Shown: positions 10,205 to 19,693 of the stretch, piece by piece
Layout of the letters: every line of letters starts with the position of its first letter
Position numbering within the stretch: the first letter of the stretch is position 1
NCBI GenBank assembly: GCA_018401955.1
Contig: JAGYJT010000012.1
Span: forward strand, 10,303-74,302
Direction: 5' to 3'
Length of the DNA: 64,000 nucleotides
From: Chitinophagales bacterium
GTDB lineage: Bacteria; Bacteroidota; Bacteroidia; Chitinophagales; CAIOSU01
Made by a program: the position numbers and the translations under genes
Notes under the pieces: model-generated
The model's input: only the letters and a program-made list of their open reading frames with translations
What the model was told of the DNA's origin: nothing
The model's database searches: none

Positions 10205-10879
10205 TTAAGGAAGGGCCGACACCCAAACAATAGAGCCAATGACAGACGGTATGGCGGGTCTGGCAAAGGGAGATGCTTGGGCTGCATCGTGAAATAGCAA
10301 AATACCGTCGGCGGCAGGTGAAACGACATCTGCTTGGTCAGTTGCCCAGTAAAGCTCAACTTCATCACCGACATTCACACTAAAGGTTGCTTCAGAATAA
10401 GCACAAATAAACCCCGGTATGGAGGCGCTTTTTCTTGCCGGGACCGAAAAAGTAGTGGCTGAGTTGGCTACATCTGCCGAGTTTTTCTGAAGCCAAGCAG
10501 TCGCCGTATGCGCAGCGTTGTCAGTATTGGCAAACTGAATACTGTATCTGATCGTATACACCCCAGCAACAGCCGCTGTAGCAGACCCCGGTGAGTTAAG
10601 CGTCCAGCCAAACCCAGAGTCTAAAGTGTTGAAGTTAACTACCGTAGCAGTGTCGTCTGTGGTTCTTTGGTCGGTTGAGTCAGATGCCGCAATATGAGGA
10701 AGAGTTATGGTGTTCCCACCCAGGCCCCCGTTGAAAGCATCTAATACGGTATCTACAAGGAACCGATCCACCAAGTTAAAATATAAACGTAGGGCGTTAG
10801 AAAACTGATCTTGGTCCAGCCTGTTGTAATCATTCTTAAAAAGAGGCAGGTTGGGAGCAACGAATTTTTTACTAATCAT
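10205..10879 (-). CDS. Tail-associated protein with C1q/TNF-like jelly-roll C-terminus (224 aa)
   Basis: Intact ORF. The C-half (GVYTIRYSIQFANTD...WLQKNSADV...NVGDEVELYW) has the strand pattern typical of C1q-like receptor-binding heads. Overlaps the upstream gene by 4 nt. Confidence 0.4.
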   Translation of the reverse strand: MISKKFVAPNLPLFKNDYNRLDQDQFSNALRLYFNLVDRFLVDTVLDAFNGGLGGNTITLPHIAASDSTDQRTTDDTATVVNFNTLDSGFGWTLNSPGSATAAVAGVYTIRYSIQFANTDNAAHTATAWLQKNSADVANSATTFSVPARKSASIPGFICAYSEATFSVNVGDEVELYWATDQADVVSPAADGILLFHDAAQASPFARPAIPSVIGSIVWVSALP

Positions 10880-12836
10880 CGCTTACCATCCGGGCGTACA
10901 TCAAGCCTAGGCAAACCTAACTGCCACTGGACACCCAAATTCTCAGATTCAACCTTCAAAGCCATCTGCCTAGCTCTTGCACGAATATAAACTTGATTGG
11001 TGTACTGTCCTACCGACGTTTCAATTACCCGCTGGGTATCTGAAGGATCGCCTTGAAAGTTAGAGCCAGGCCAGTCTCGTGGGCGAATCGTGAGAGACAC
11101 TTCCGGATCGGTTGCTGTAGAGGTTGAGAAGTTGATGTCTGGGATCATTCTGCGGGTCAAAATAAACTGCTCACCATCACCAAGGTCAAAATCTGAGGAC
11201 TGGATAAAAGCCTCCATTCGGTAGTCCAGCGTCATCAATACCAGACTCATGCGTATACAAAATACCGGGGTCTTGATCCTCGTCGGTGTACATCGCTAAG
11301 GGTAATTGCCGTGATGCAACATCAAGCCATGCGGTTCGGCTCAGATTACCGTAGTACCAGACTTGATCTAAATGGTTATAAATGACGTAACGGTCTACCC
11401 AGTTTGAATTGCCGCTAGGGTAAAACCACCAGACTTCATTAAAGCCTTCGTTAGTGCCACTTATAACTTGATCTGCTTGAGAGTAGTTTAAATCTTTAAA
11501 CACATATTCACGCAACGAACAGGGTAGTGTTTGCACACGACCGTCGTACACATAGAACTTATCCAGCCCCATCCAGTAAGCAATGTTATTGGCTGTGATG
11601 ACCGCCCGTGGACTCATAATAGAAATATTGTCACCAGCCTTTGGAGGCCAAATACATCTGTCGTACCCAAAAACTGTAAGGAATACAGGGTCGTATCTGT
11701 AAAGGTCAAGATCTCTTGTCGTGTTGGTATGGCACGAATAATTCGTGAGCCACGAGAAACTCTTAAAAATCCAGCCGAGTTCGTAGTTGTGGGTTGCCAA
11801 ACATTAGGTTGATCTTGAGATGCCCAGCGAATTAACAGCGGGTCATAAGACGGCAATGGAGTTGGTGGGCTTGCAGGGTCGTAATAAGGTCTAGCCCCAA
11901 ACGCCAATAAATGTTTATCGTTTTGAGAAACAAGAATTTGACCAGCTTGATCTGGAACCGCTGATGCAGACACACCATTTAGGGTTAACCCAGATAACAA
12001 TACGGCATGAGTGTCGAGCGCTGTGGCAGGAGACACCGAAGTTCCACGCTCCCAATAGTAAATAGGACCACCAACAGCAACACCGCCCGCTTCGATATCT
12101 GCCCGAATATTCATTACCAAATCGTTGTCAAAATTGTCAAAAAACCAATCTCGTTGCGGCAAATAAACGGGCGTTGACGAAGATAAACCCCAGCCAAAAG
12201 AACCGCTCCAAGTACCAGTACCCCAGCCATAACCCTCAGTAACTAATGGAAAACCAGGGCTAATTTGGCACTCAATATCAATAGCCGTGCCTCCAGCACC
12301 GGGGGGAGTACTAACAGTTGAAGTAGCAGGGGTCGCAACTACAAACGTGAAAATATTAGCGTCTACTCTAGTAACAACATGTTCGGCATTGATCTCGGCA
12401 TCGGGTATACCACCGGGATCTCCAGAAACTCCAGAAATAGTTACATAGTCTCCGGTTGAACAACCATGCCCCGATATGTTTACAGAAACTGTGGTTGATC
12501 CATTTACTGTTGTTATACAGTCATCGGATGATGGGGTGGTAGAAGTAGTAAACGTTTCTCTAATTGGCGTAATGTCGTAAAAAATAGCTCCTACTTCAAT
12601 ATAGACTTTGACATTAGTGCCGACAGCCAGAAAATTATCTTGATACGACGTAATCCAATTCCACATCTGGCGGGATGTGCCGATAACCCGCTCAGACGTT
12701 GTTTCAACCCAACCACCAATTTTTTGTGGGTAGCCAGAAACCGAATTTTGTCGCACTCAAACCAACCACCCTCGTTAGCATAGTTAGTGGTATCTCGATT
12801 AATACCGGGGCGAAATTGAAGTTTGAGGAACGGCAT
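10876..12836 (-). pseudogene. Large tail/nozzle-like virion protein (~650 aa) split into four ORFs by at least 3 frameshifts
   Basis: ORFs 12591-12836, 11614-12756, 11186-11800 and 10876-11250 overlap in different frames and read through as one protein. Examples: ...GGWFECDKIRF|SGYPQKIGGWVETT at ~12,745 (one T missing from a T-run), ...TDVFGLQ|AGDNISIMSPRAV at ~11,640, and ...HESGIDD|LDYRMEAFIQ at ~11,230. Confidence 0.65.
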
Positions 12837-13232
12837 TTAGGCCACCAGTCCAGGGAGATAAACTGTTTTACCGTTTTGTTTCGTTGCGGTCAAGACCTGC
12901 TTTTTGTTGTCGGCAGGGTTGAAGCTCACGTGGACCCAGCCCGAGTCCGGGACACCTACTGTATAAAACTCTAGTATCAGTTGGCGGAACTCGCAGTTGT
13001 CTGCAATCCATTGGGCCAAGTCAGCATTAGCAATACCAGGAATCTCGATGTCGGCTGCAAACCCCTTGCAATGGTCCGATGTCGTACTGCCGCCCACCTT
13101 AGGAATTAACGAGGGGGTGCTCAGGCTATTGACCTTGACCCCCATGCCGTAATAGTCACGCACCTTTTGAAGCACGTTCTCGCACAGCAGGCGCATGTTC
13201 TCGATCTCGGTTTCGCTGGGGTCATTTGCCAT
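12837..13232 (-). CDS. Endolysin, peptidase M15 (zinc D-Ala-D-Ala carboxypeptidase-like) family
   Basis: GGSTTSDHCKGFAADIEIPG and GWVHVSF match the Sx-H-x-x-G-x-A-x-D ... H signature of Peptidase_M15_3-type phage lysins. 131 aa, adjacent to the holin. Confidence 0.75.
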   Translation of the reverse strand: MANDPSETEIENMRLLCENVLQKVRDYYGMGVKVNSLSTPSLIPKVGGSTTSDHCKGFAADIEIPGIANADLAQWIADNCEFRQLILEFYTVGVPDSGWVHVSFNPADNKKQVLTATKQNGKTVYLPGLVA

Positions 13233-13295
13233 GCCAAAGCGCAGGGCCGTCTCGCTCTTTGGTCATTTCAGACAAGGTGAAGTTCTGGGTCAGGT

Positions 13296-13734
13296 TCATT
13301 TCTTCTTTTCCATGATGTCATCAAGCTGGGCGCTCTTTTCTTTGCTGCCAGCCGAGGATCCAAAATAGTAGCCCAACACCATCGTAACCGCAGAGGTCAG
13401 CGCACCCAGTACATAGATGAGAATGTCCTTGGAATCGGCATCCACATCAACAAAGATAATCACGCCAAACAAGATAAAGGTTAACCCTACCGTGCCAAGC
13501 GCAAGCAAGGGGGTGACAATCTTGCTCAACATTGGAGCAAACTCGCTGGTAGCAATCTGCACTTTCGATCACGGGCAGACTGCATCTCTTTAACCTGGGC
13601 CTCTAGTTGAGCCAGTTCACCCCGCTGCGCCATCTCCATAAGACTAACCTGTGCTTTGGCTTTGGCCTCTGGGTCTGGCAGAACCTTATCCAGCACTTTT
13701 CACCAATGGATAGAATTGCGGCTAAGGGAATCAT
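13296..13734 (-). pseudogene. Holin, GTA-type 3-TM family, interrupted by 2 frameshifts
   Basis: ATG at 13734. Reads MIPLAAILSIGEK|VLDKVLPDPEAKAKAQVSLMEMAQRGELAQLEAQVKEMQSARDR|VQIATSEF...TM segments. The PDPEAKAK...coiled segment followed by TMs resembles PF11351-type holins. Frame changes at ~13,695 and ~13,565. Confidence 0.5.
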
Positions 13735-14138
13735 CTTGCAGTCTCCATTGTGTTGTCGCCCTTCTTAACTGTCACCTTGTCGCCGTCAACAGTTACAGAC
13801 ATGGGGTCACGGTCAGCCATCCGGTCAAGGCGGTCAATAAGCTGCTTCATCACCTCAAACTCTGGCTTTTCTTGCTTTGGTGTAGCCCCGGCGATGTTGT
13901 TGAGCATGGAGATCAGGCCGTGAGAGACGCACCAAGCAGCCCCATCACCGCAGCCATCTTGCCTTCTGCCAACTCAAGACTGGCAAGCACACCGATCACC
14001 AATAAGCGTAATGTAGAACAGGCCGTACCGACCAATGGATTTGCCTGCCACCTCTTTGGCGTTTTGCTGGGCATCCAACCGATTAAGTTCAGCCCGTATG
14101 TCAATCTTGGCCCGTTTAAGTTCTTTGTCATCAAACAT
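13731..14138 (-). pseudogene. Membrane protein of the lysis cassette (hypothetical), interrupted by 2 frameshifts
   Basis: ATG at 14138 after GGGGAAAG. Reads MFDDKELKRAKIDIRAELNRLDAQQNAKEV...GLFYITL|LVIGVLASLELAEGKMAAVMGLLGAS|SHGLISMLNN...KVTVKKGDNTMETAR only if the frame is changed at ~14,005 and ~13,925. Confidence 0.4.
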
Positions 14139-14150
14139 GACTTTCCCCTT

Positions 14151-14624
14151 TTACTTTGCGTACCTAAAAATAAAGTCTACTGCCATGTACAGTAACAAGC
14201 ACCCAACCACGACTACGGCTGAGACACCACCATAAAGAAACATGTCGTCCCAGAACTTCTTTTGCATCATCTCCTGCTCTTGCTTCATGCGGATACGGTC
14301 TGCCCTGATCTTACGACGCATCTCTAAAAACTTGCGGTACCCGTCCAGGCTCCCGTAGCCACCTTCAAGGTTACAAAATGCCCCATATAAAAATTCAAAC
14401 CGTATTTCCTTCTCTATAGACATTAACTTATGCTCGGCCTCGTTGAAGGCTTCCTGCGTGTCGTTACCAAAATCTAAATTACCAAACAGCTTGGGTTTCT
14501 GAGGCTTGTTCTTCGCATCGGTGATGTGCTGCTCAAGCTGGTCTGCATAACCGACGTATTTACTTAACTGTGACCAAACACCTTCAGCCTCCTGAGCAAA
14601 CTCGGAGGCTTTCTTTGATGCCAT
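14151..14624 (-). CDS. C-terminally membrane-anchored coiled-coil protein (lysis accessory/spanin-like?), 157 aa
   Basis: Intact ORF with a single C-terminal TM (GGVSAVVVVGCLLLYMAVDFIF). Lies immediately upstream of the holin/endolysin genes. Confidence 0.35.
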   Translation of the reverse strand: MASKKASEFAQEAEGVWSQLSKYVGYADQLEQHITDAKNKPQKPKLFGNLDFGNDTQEAFNEAEHKLMSIEKEIRFEFLYGAFCNLEGGYGSLDGYRKFLEMRRKIRADRIRMKQEQEMMQKKFWDDMFLYGGVSAVVVVGCLLLYMAVDFIFRYAK

Positions 14625-14678
14625 TCCATACCGCCGAGGCCGCTGCTAGAAGAGTGATTGGGTCCATTATTCATTTCA

Positions 14679-15131
14679 TTAAGGCCGTTCGGGCCACGTA
14701 ACATCCCACGGGAATCCTTCTTGTGCCGGTACATCACGCAATGCTTGACGGTAAATACCCCAAGATACTAAATCAACAGGTGAGTCTGCAACCTGCGTCC
14801 AGTCAGACTCCGTAAGTTTTTGGTTACGAGCGCCACGTATAAACTCAGCCTCAGCTTGTTCACGTTCGGCGTACTCTTCAGAGCTTAACGTAACAACGTT
14901 ATATTTTTGATACCACATACCGTCAATAAATTCAGGCACATCCTCAACAACACGTTTCGTTGGGTCAGTAACTGTTGGAGCTGTAACTGCTTGTACTATA
15001 ACAAGATTAAATTGATCTAGCACATCTTGAGTAATAATTTTAGGAAACGAACACTGTGGATTATCTTTCCTAAGTTGACTGATTGTGTAAGGATATTTCT
15101 CTATAACCCCATTGTTAAGTTTTGCGTACAT
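14679..15131 (-). CDS. Tail-fibre assembly/chaperone-like protein (DUF4376-like C-terminus)
   Basis: The C-terminus RNQKLTESDWTQVADSPVD...WGIYRQALRDVPAQEGFPWDVTWPERP matches the SDW...W..YRQ.LRD.P...P..WP motif of phage tail-fibre assembly proteins. Follows the fibre genes. Confidence 0.6.
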   Translation of the reverse strand: MYAKLNNGVIEKYPYTISQLRKDNPQCSFPKIITQDVLDQFNLVIVQAVTAPTVTDPTKRVVEDVPEFIDGMWYQKYNVVTLSSEEYAEREQAEAEFIRGARNQKLTESDWTQVADSPVDLVSWGIYRQALRDVPAQEGFPWDVTWPERP

Positions 15132-16162
15132 TACTCACTCCTTATTGCCATGTAAACATAGGTACCGCCGCTTGCATTAACATCGGCAGACGAGGATTTA
15201 ATTTGAAAGCCGGTAGTTAAAAAGTCAATACCCGGGGCACTATTGTTTACTGCATCGAAAGTATTTGCAGACAATGTTGCGGTACGTGTGTTACTTGGGT
15301 CTATTGATGCGCTATAAATAAGCCAAGGTCCGGTTGAATCAGCACGTTTAATCATTAACCATTGTGGTTCCCAACCAAGAGCCTCAATGGGACCAGTTGC
15401 AGATCCGTTGCCCGTGTATGAATCGCAGCTAATTAATCCACGGGTAGTAGTTTCATGCCCAAACAAAAATGCAAAAATATTAAACGCATTAGCGTTAACT
15501 AACGAGCTTGTACCAACAGAAAACACACTGCTAGTAGGTGCTGTATCGTTCCAAACTGTTGAATCAGTAGCCTCTGCGGCGGTTGAATTTAGTGTTAAGT
15601 ATTTTGTAGGACCCAGGCTGCGGTGAAACACACGCCAATCCCAAGAACCAAATGGCCCAGTTCGTTTTACCAACATCATTCCTGGCACTGCGTTTAGTGT
15701 ATGTGCAATAGTCCGGTTTGTGTCATTGCCAACAAACTTTACAAAACTAAAAAACTTTTCGGCTTCCCTGAAGCTCCAAGAAACAAAATTTGGAGTAGCA
15801 GGTGAACTAGGAGGAACATTAATAAGGCTACCGCTAGGAGCAGCATTCCACCCTGTTGCCGTAATTGGATTAGAGCTTGCCAAAAACCAACTCGAAGCTG
15901 CTATAGATAGATTTGGAAAAATAGAAGATCCAGAAGTTGAAGAACTATCTTGATAGGGTTGTATTACGTGATCAAAATTAACCGGGTTAGTGCCTTCCTC
16001 TAAATTTTTACACCAAATAAATCCCCCATTATTTAAAATATCAATATTGGTAATAACATTAAGAGTGGTGCCAGTACCACTGTATAGGCGTGAATTAAAT
16101 ACGTCTGCGATAGTATTGCCGCCTAGGCCAGCAGCGGCAGTTAGAATTATGCGAGAACTCAT
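15131..16162 (-). CDS. Fibre/structural protein with three internal repeats (343 aa from MSSRIIL)
   Basis: Start taken at ATG 16162, one nt after the stop of the upstream gene (the track ORF begins further upstream inside that gene). Three modules share a pattern: F/Y-x-G-x-G...hydrophobic-K-R/N... Confidence 0.5.
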   Translation of the reverse strand: MSSRIILTAAAGLGGNTIADVFNSRLYSGTGTTLNVITNIDILNNGGFIWCKNLEEGTNPVNFDHVIQPYQDSSSTSGSSIFPNLSIAASSWFLASSNPITATGWNAAPSGSLINVPPSSPATPNFVSWSFREAEKFFSFVKFVGNDTNRTIAHTLNAVPGMMLVKRTGPFGSWDWRVFHRSLGPTKYLTLNSTAAEATDSTVWNDTAPTSSVFSVGTSSLVNANAFNIFAFLFGHETTTRGLISCDSYTGNGSATGPIEALGWEPQWLMIKRADSTGPWLIYSASIDPSNTRTATLSANTFDAVNNSAPGIDFLTTGFQIKSSSADVNASGGTYVYMAIRSE

Positions 16163-16163
16163 A

Positions 16164-16925
16164 TTAAGCTGCCAACATATCGTAGCCAACCACAAAACCG
16201 TTCCATGTCGTACCTCCGTCATACGTGAAAAACGCCAAAACATCACGCCCAGAAGAAGTAAGCTCAGGGGTTTCCCCTCCAACCCATGTCAGGTTTGCGT
16301 ACCATGTAACCACAGCGCTGCCACCGTTAGTAATGTCAAGGATAAACGCTATTGCCGTACCGCTACTTGGTATATTGCTTACCGTAAACGTCGTAGCTGT
16401 CGTAACTGTGTGTGAAAAATAATTTCCAGAAGACAGGTTTATGTCGTTTGCCACCGTAGCAACTTTGACTTCTTTAGTAGCAACGATTGTTTTGTTACTA
16501 AGGGTTTGCGTACCTGCAAGAGTTACATCCCCCGCAATTCTAACAAAATCCGATCCGTTCCAAGCAACGACTGTGGCTACGTTTGTGGGTATTGTTACTC
16601 CCGTTGTAGCAGAACCTTTAATAACGATTGAAGAATCCGAAGTGTTAAATACGGCATAAACCTTACTAGCGCTTGGCGCTACAATATTTCGTGTCGTACC
16701 AGGGGTGCCTGTAGCAATTAATATCGCAGAACGTGATTGATCAGCAGCGCCATCCGTATCGGTCAGTGTGACATCTGCACTTGTAACGTTAACGCTAGTA
16801 GCCCCTGCAATTGCGCTATCAAGAAGCGAAGTAATTTCATTATTAACAACGTTTCCCCACGTACCAGCTAATTCGCCAGTAACAGGAAGCGCTAAACCAA
16901 GAAGGGTGGTATATGACGTAGGCAT
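16164..16925 (-). CDS. Tail fibre protein (253 aa)
   Basis: The N-terminus MPTSYTTLLGLALPVTGELAGTWGNVVNNEITSLLDSAIAG is a fibre N-terminal motif I recognise (L.LP..GE..G.WG...N). GGAG box upstream; T/S/V-rich beta-type sequence. Confidence 0.6.
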   Translation of the reverse strand: MPTSYTTLLGLALPVTGELAGTWGNVVNNEITSLLDSAIAGATSVNVTSADVTLTDTDGAADQSRSAILIATGTPGTTRNIVAPSASKVYAVFNTSDSSIVIKGSATTGVTIPTNVATVVAWNGSDFVRIAGDVTLAGTQTLSNKTIVATKEVKVATVANDINLSSGNYFSHTVTTATTFTVSNIPSSGTAIAFILDITNGGSAVVTWYANLTWVGGETPELTSSGRDVLAFFTYDGGTTWNGFVVGYDMLAA

Positions 16926-16928
16926 GGT

Positions 16929-16982
16929 TTACTCCGGTTGTATCCAAGATGTTGTTTCATTTAAAAATGCGTAATGTGTCAT
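16929..16982 (-). pseudogene. 17-codon relic (MTHYAFLNETTSWIQPE) of the 123-aa gene found intact at 18342-18713
   Basis: The first 8 codons match MAHYAFLDEN. The last codons match NEETTSWIGVQL of the full-length paralogue. The flanking DNA is part of a duplicated segment. Confidence 0.6.
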
Positions 16983-16990
16983 TTGTTTTC

Positions 16991-17866
16991 CTATGCGAAT
17001 GAGACGTTGCCTGTACCAGCAGTTACGGTAGTAACGCTAAAACCACCCGCCGTAGCAGTTGAAAGAGTAAGACCACCACCAGGGTTAGAGATAGTAAATG
17101 CACTTGAGTATTTAAGAATAACTACACCAGAGCCACCGGGTTGACCTGCACTATTAAAGCTTCCACCACCCGCCCCGCCGCCAGTATTTGCTGCGCCCGC
17201 AGTTGGGTTAGCGGTTGTAACTCCACCCGTATCCATACTTCCGCCGTCCCCACCACCACCTTGACCACCTGTGCCGCCAGTAAAGTCTTCAGCAAAAGCA
17301 CTTACAACCCCGCCGCCGCCGCCACCTCCTGCGTAGTAGACTGCGCTACCAGTAATAGAGGACTCAATACCAATCCCTCCATCGCCGCCTTCATAACCCA
17401 ATGTTACGGTACCTCCAACAGCGCCCATTCCACCGCCACCACCGCAGTTAAATGAAGCATTTGCATCCACCTTACCCGCACCACCGTTAAACCCTTGCGA
17501 TCCTGTACCACCTGCAAGGTCACCCTCAGCGCCACCACTCCCGCCGCAACCACCACCCAAACTAACACTAGTTCGACCCCCGCCACCACCACCACCGGTA
17601 GCAGTAAACGAACTAAAAACAGAATTAGAACCGTTACCGCCATTAGTTCCGTTAGAACTTGCTGCTCCCGCAGAACCGCCTCCACCTACAGTGACTGTGT
17701 ACGTTGTTCCGGGGACAAATACAAAGGCTGTGTCTTGAACAAGTCCACCAGCACCTCCGCCGCCACAAAATCCGCCTGTCCCCCCACCGCCAGCAACAAC
17801 TAAATAATCCAAAATCGGTGGTCCCCCAAAATTCATTCCCAAAAGGGCTAAATGGATTCCACTCAT
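16991..17866 (-). CDS. Glycine-rich fibre-associated protein (291 aa)
   Basis: DYLVVAGGGGTGGFCGGGGAGG followed by repeated GGxGG tracts. C-terminus GGSGVVILKYSSAFTISNPGGGLTLSTATAGGFSVTTVTAGTGNVSFA. Paralogue of 18722-19693. Confidence 0.6.
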   Translation of the reverse strand: MSGIHLALLGMNFGGPPILDYLVVAGGGGTGGFCGGGGAGGLVQDTAFVFVPGTTYTVTVGGGGSAGAASSNGTNGGNGSNSVFSSFTATGGGGGGGRTSVSLGGGCGGSGGAEGDLAGGTGSQGFNGGAGKVDANASFNCGGGGGMGAVGGTVTLGYEGGDGGIGIESSITGSAVYYAGGGGGGGVVSAFAEDFTGGTGGQGGGGDGGSMDTGGVTTANPTAGAANTGGGAGGGSFNSAGQPGGSGVVILKYSSAFTISNPGGGLTLSTATAGGFSVTTVTAGTGNVSFA

Positions 17867-18345
17867 GGTGCTACGTTCCCTGAAATAACACAGACTGTGC
17901 CGCTAATAAACAAAATCGTGCAAATGCCTCGGGTTGCCAAATCAACCGTTGCCTCATCGCTATCTGCACCCGCTATGTACGCCGTTGTAATTGTGCAAGT
18001 AATCGTAATGTCACCTGATGTGTTGTTAAAGATTGAAATAACATCGCCCGCCGAAAAAGTAGCGTCAGGGATTGTGATTGACCCGCTTGCCCCAACCTCA
18101 ATAAATTTGCCTACGTCGCCTGTTGCTAAAGTGTAAGAAGCAGTTTTAGCCGAACCTGACTGCGGGATATTTAAGAAACCAACGGAGGAAAAACTAAGCG
18201 CTCCCGACCCGTTTGTAACAACCGCTTGCCCGCTAGTACCATCCGTACCTGGCAATGTAAACGTAGTATCCGAGTTGGTGTTAGCTGTTTGCAGCGTGGT
18301 CGTTCCGGTCCCGCTTGCGTTACCTGAAATTTTTATATTGCTCAT
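17863..18345 (-). CDS. Fibre-like structural protein (160 aa from MSNIKISG)
   Basis: ATG 18345 overlaps the upstream stop (ATGA). The N-terminus MSNIKISGNASGTGTTTLQTANT...LPGTDGTSGQAVVTNGSGALSF is typical of short phage fibres. Confidence 0.5.
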   Translation of the reverse strand: MSNIKISGNASGTGTTTLQTANTNSDTTFTLPGTDGTSGQAVVTNGSGALSFSSVGFLNIPQSGSAKTASYTLATGDVGKFIEVGASGSITIPDATFSAGDVISIFNNTSGDITITCTITTAYIAGADSDEATVDLATRGICTILFISGTVCVISGNVAP

Positions 18346-18713
18346 AACTGCACCCCAATCCAAGATGTTGTTTCTTCGTTCCATTGATAATACTTACCAT
18401 CGTCTGGATAAGCTACTGGTGCTTCCCATAAACATGTTGTTTCATTCAGGTTCCACGATACATAAGGCTTAGGTGAAATAAATGCATCACGCTCAGAATC
18501 ATAGGTGTATCCAACCCCTGCGTAGTTCTTGCGGTACGGTGTGCCATCACTAAAATGAACGCCGCCTTGAGTGTTGTATGAGGTGCGCTTGCAAGTTTGA
18601 CCACGAAACGCACCATAGTGCTGTTCCCAGTCAATGCCGTCTTCACCCTCATCTTTGCCCACAATCACCTCGGTGACAATGTTGTTTTCATCTAAGAATG
18701 CGTAATGTGCCAT
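18342..18713 (-). CDS. Conserved phage protein MxHYAxLDENN family (123 aa), fibre-module associated
   Basis: Intact ORF with an AGGA box. The N-terminus MAHYAFLDENNIVTEVIV is a recurrent phage small-protein signature (from memory). Function unknown. Confidence 0.5.
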   Translation of the reverse strand: MAHYAFLDENNIVTEVIVGKDEGEDGIDWEQHYGAFRGQTCKRTSYNTQGGVHFSDGTPYRKNYAGVGYTYDSERDAFISPKPYVSWNLNETTCLWEAPVAYPDDGKYYQWNEETTSWIGVQL

Positions 18714-18721
18714 TTGTTTTC

Positions 18722-19693
18722 CTATGCGAATGAAACGTTGCCTGTACCAGCGGTTACTGTTGTTACCTTAAACCCACCAGCAGGTGCGGCAGTTGAAAGA
18801 GTAAGACCACCGCCAGGGTTAGAAATGGTAAGTGTGTCAGGGTATTTGAGAATTACTACACCAGAGCCGCCATTACCTCCTGCGCCTCGAATCGGAGAAA
18901 GTCTTTGGTCGTATCCGCCACCACCAGCACCGCCACCGGTGTTTGCAGACCTGTTTGCGCTTATTGGCTAAATTTCCAGCGCCACCACCGCCCGCCCTGC
19001 CAGCACCAGCCGCAGCCAAAAGACTACAGCACCTGCGCCGCCACCGCCACCACCAGCGTATGTCGTGGAAGAACCTGAAATAGATGACGCTGTGCCTGCA
19101 CCGCCAGCCCCGCTTTGAACCGACGCTGTATTACCACCAACGGCCCCAGCCCCTCCACCACCGGCTGCTGGATTGGTAAAACCAACAACAACATCACCGC
19201 CATTGTTGCCTTGAGAAGGTGCTGTTGAAGGAGTGTTACCAACGCCACCAGTTTGAGCACTACCACCCCCACCAGAAGCACCAGAACCAGAACCACCAGC
19301 ACGACCAGGTTTTGCACCACCCACCGCAACACCGCCACCGCCTCCAGCAGATGTAATGGTTGAAAAAACAGAATTAGCCCCGTCACTACCATCATTAACA
19401 CCATTGCTAGCACCGCCTGTCCCGCCCGCTCCAACAGTAACGGTATAGTTTGTTGCGGGAGTAATCGGAGTAAGAGTTCCGGTTCTATAACCGCCAGCGC
19501 CAGCACCTGAGCCTAATCCAGAACCACCCCCACCTCCACCAGCAACTACAAGGTATTCGACATCAACAGAAAAAAAGGGCCAATCGCCAGCCTCTATTGC
19601 TTTGAATTGCTCTTGCAGGCTCCAAATGCCAGACGCAACAGTATCTGTTGGGTTGTTTGCTACCCCAATTATTCCGCCATTACCGATAGGCAT
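18722..19693 (-). pseudogene. Glycine-rich fibre-associated protein paralogue, interrupted (in-frame TAG at 18968-18970 and local frame disturbance)
   Basis: ORF 18968-19693 stops at TAG. The same frame then continues ...ANTGGGAGGGGYDQ...GGSGVVILKYPDTLTISNPGGGLTLSTAAPAGGFKVTTVTAGTGNVSFA* to 18722, homologous to the C-terminus of 16991-17866. Between ~19,035 and ~18,965 a different frame gives the expected Gly-rich text (AAAGAGRAGGGGAGN). Confidence 0.6.

Noticed and set aside
13656-14195. 179-aa plus-strand ORF (and 13913-14134 minus) in the lysis region
   Set aside because: It is antisense to, or a frame-fragment of, the holin and membrane genes, which read sensibly on the minus strand once the frameshifts are allowed. 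There is no RBS and the composition is unconvincing.
17141-19506. Several 90-160-aa ORFs overlapping the glycine-rich genes on both strands
   Set aside because: GGN-rich coding DNA is open in several frames. These ORFs give Thr/Ala/Pro or Val/Leu low-complexity text and sit fully inside better-supported genes.
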